A DNA stretch of 24,000 nucleotides from Bacteroidales bacterium. Lineage in GTDB: Bacteria > Bacteroidota > Bacteroidia > Bacteroidales > UBA7332. The DNA is taken from the NCBI GenBank assembly GCA_049315325.1, contig JBMOKJ010000003.1:30913-54912 (forward strand). The letters are read 5' to 3'. This document shows positions 23,148 through 24,000 of this stretch, piece after piece (the stretch's first letter is position 1; the number at the start of each line of letters is the position of its first letter). Both the position numbers and the translations under genes were made by a program. The notes under the pieces were generated by a model, which was not told the origin of the DNA, made no database searches, and saw only the letters and a program-made list of their open reading frames with translations.

Positions 23148-24000
23148 CTATTTCAGTAATTTAATTGCTTGTTCGAGCTGCTTATCTACTCCGTTGGCAA
23201 CATCGGCAGCGGTCTGAGGCACCACAATATCAGGAACGATGCCGTTCCACTCTACCATTTTGCTATCTTTTGATTGCACGAAAAAGGCATACGGCATTCT
23301 GATTCTTTTTCGGCTGGGTAGTGTGAAGAATTGAGTTGATCCACCGCCTCCACCTGTCGTATCGCCTACGGTAGTTACATTTGGCAATTGCTTCATCAGA
23401 TCGGGTAGCAGCTCAGCACAACTAAAACTCGCACCATTGATAAGTATCACAACTGGTTTGTAATACTTTACAAAACCTGATGGTTGTATTTGCAGTTGAC
23501 TATTTATCGTTCCGTCTTTGTAATAAAAGGTTTCGGTGATGTGTGTCGATATGAAGCGACTAATGATGACGTCTGAAATGTTGGATGAACCGCCACCGTT
23601 GTTTCGCACATCGAGAATAAGCCCTTTTGTGTTTGATAAGTCGCGCAATATCTTGTCAATATCGGTAGCCCAATCGCCCTCTTCGAACGACGACAAATAG
23701 ATGTATCCAGCGTTATTGGGTAAAATACCGTACGCAAAATTACCCTCACCAGCTAATTGTAGTTTTTGATTGAAATAGGTGCTTATCACCACTTGGCTAA
23801 ACGAGGTATGATCTTTGTAGCGCGGCCAGATGTAGGTCTGCATAGGAAAACCACCTTCGGTAATCAGTTGGATATGACCGTCTTTGAGGTTGCTGAGCAA
23901 CGAATGAAAAACAGGATAAACCTCATCGCCCTGCGCCTGATCTACACGCGGTTGATAAGCACTGACTAAACTATCCCAATTGATGTGTTTGAATTTCAAA
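23148..24000 (-). CDS. S41-family peptidase-like protein, 5'-truncated by the window edge
   Basis: GLILDVRNNGGG (S41 motif), INGASFSCAELLPDLM, VGDTTGGGGG. The apparent start at 23999 is a TTG at the window edge. Alignment with the paralog (NIDWDSIKKVY vs HINWDSLVSAY) implies about 50 N-terminal residues lie outside the window. Confidence 0.7.
   Translation of the reverse strand, partial: LKFKHINWDSLVSAYQPRVDQAQGDEVYPVFHSLLSNLKDGHIQLITEGGFPMQTYIWPRYKDHTSFSQVVISTYFNQKLQLAGEGNFAYGILPNNAGYIYLSSFEEGDWATDIDKILRDLSNTKGLILDVRNNGGGSSNISDVIISRFISTHITETFYYKDGTINSQLQIQPSGFVKYYKPVVILINGASFSCAELLPDLMKQLPNVTTVGDTTGGGGGSTQFFTLPSRKRIRMPYAFFVQSKDSKMVEWNGIVPDIVVPQTAADVANGVDKQLEQAIKLLK

Noticed and set aside
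23997-23999. Apparent start codon of the last S41-like gene
   Set aside because: It is a TTG that merely happens to be the first in-frame alternative start inside the window. Comparison with the paralog shows the N-terminus and signal peptide are missing, so the CDS is reported as truncated.

Overview
This looks like a Bacteroidota chromosome segment. The basis is TAnnTTTG -7 boxes, a T9SS-type C-terminal sorting domain, and recF-DUF721 and TPR-ribH gene order. No database search was possible, so every family call rests on motifs read from the translations.

Positions 1-6650 are a housekeeping block: dCMP deaminase, a PDZ-containing S41 C-terminal processing protease, 5-formyl-THF cyclo-ligase, a 4HBT thioesterase, DUF721, recF, a membrane-anchored TPR protein, ribH, tRNA-Tyr(GTA), tRNA-Gly(TCC) and a rhodanese.

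From about 6.7 kb the window becomes accessory and compositionally patchy. In order it holds:
- a very AT-rich two-gene surface module, an IPT/TIG plus Kelch-like lipoprotein whose start overlaps a beta-barrel OMP gene;
- a GC-richer heterodimeric ABC exporter pair bracketed by two inverted copies of a GCGCTTAGCG hairpin repeat;
- a DUF559 endonuclease-like gene next to G4/C4-rich multi-hairpin inverted repeats;
- a 628-aa secreted T9SS-type protein built from two 263-aa tandem modules with a mosaic identity pattern;
- a 1.27-kb ORF-free gap;
- a DUF6261-like helical protein;
- an orphan TPR sensor histidine kinase flanked by direct repeats of about 75 bp;
- an S41-like peptidase / ATC-hydrolase-like / S41-like peptidase operon that runs off the window.

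The most unusual signal is non-coding. The 16460-17729 gap holds three separate ordered motif systems: two GGAAT-N3-ATTCC palindromes; nine TTGA-SS-TCAA sites at a strict 42-43 bp period; and helically phased TGTCAG-N4-CTGACA palindromes about 160-200 bp upstream of a TGGCAC-N5-TTGA sigma-54-like element.

No CRISPR array, rRNA, transposase, integrase or recognisable defence gene was seen.
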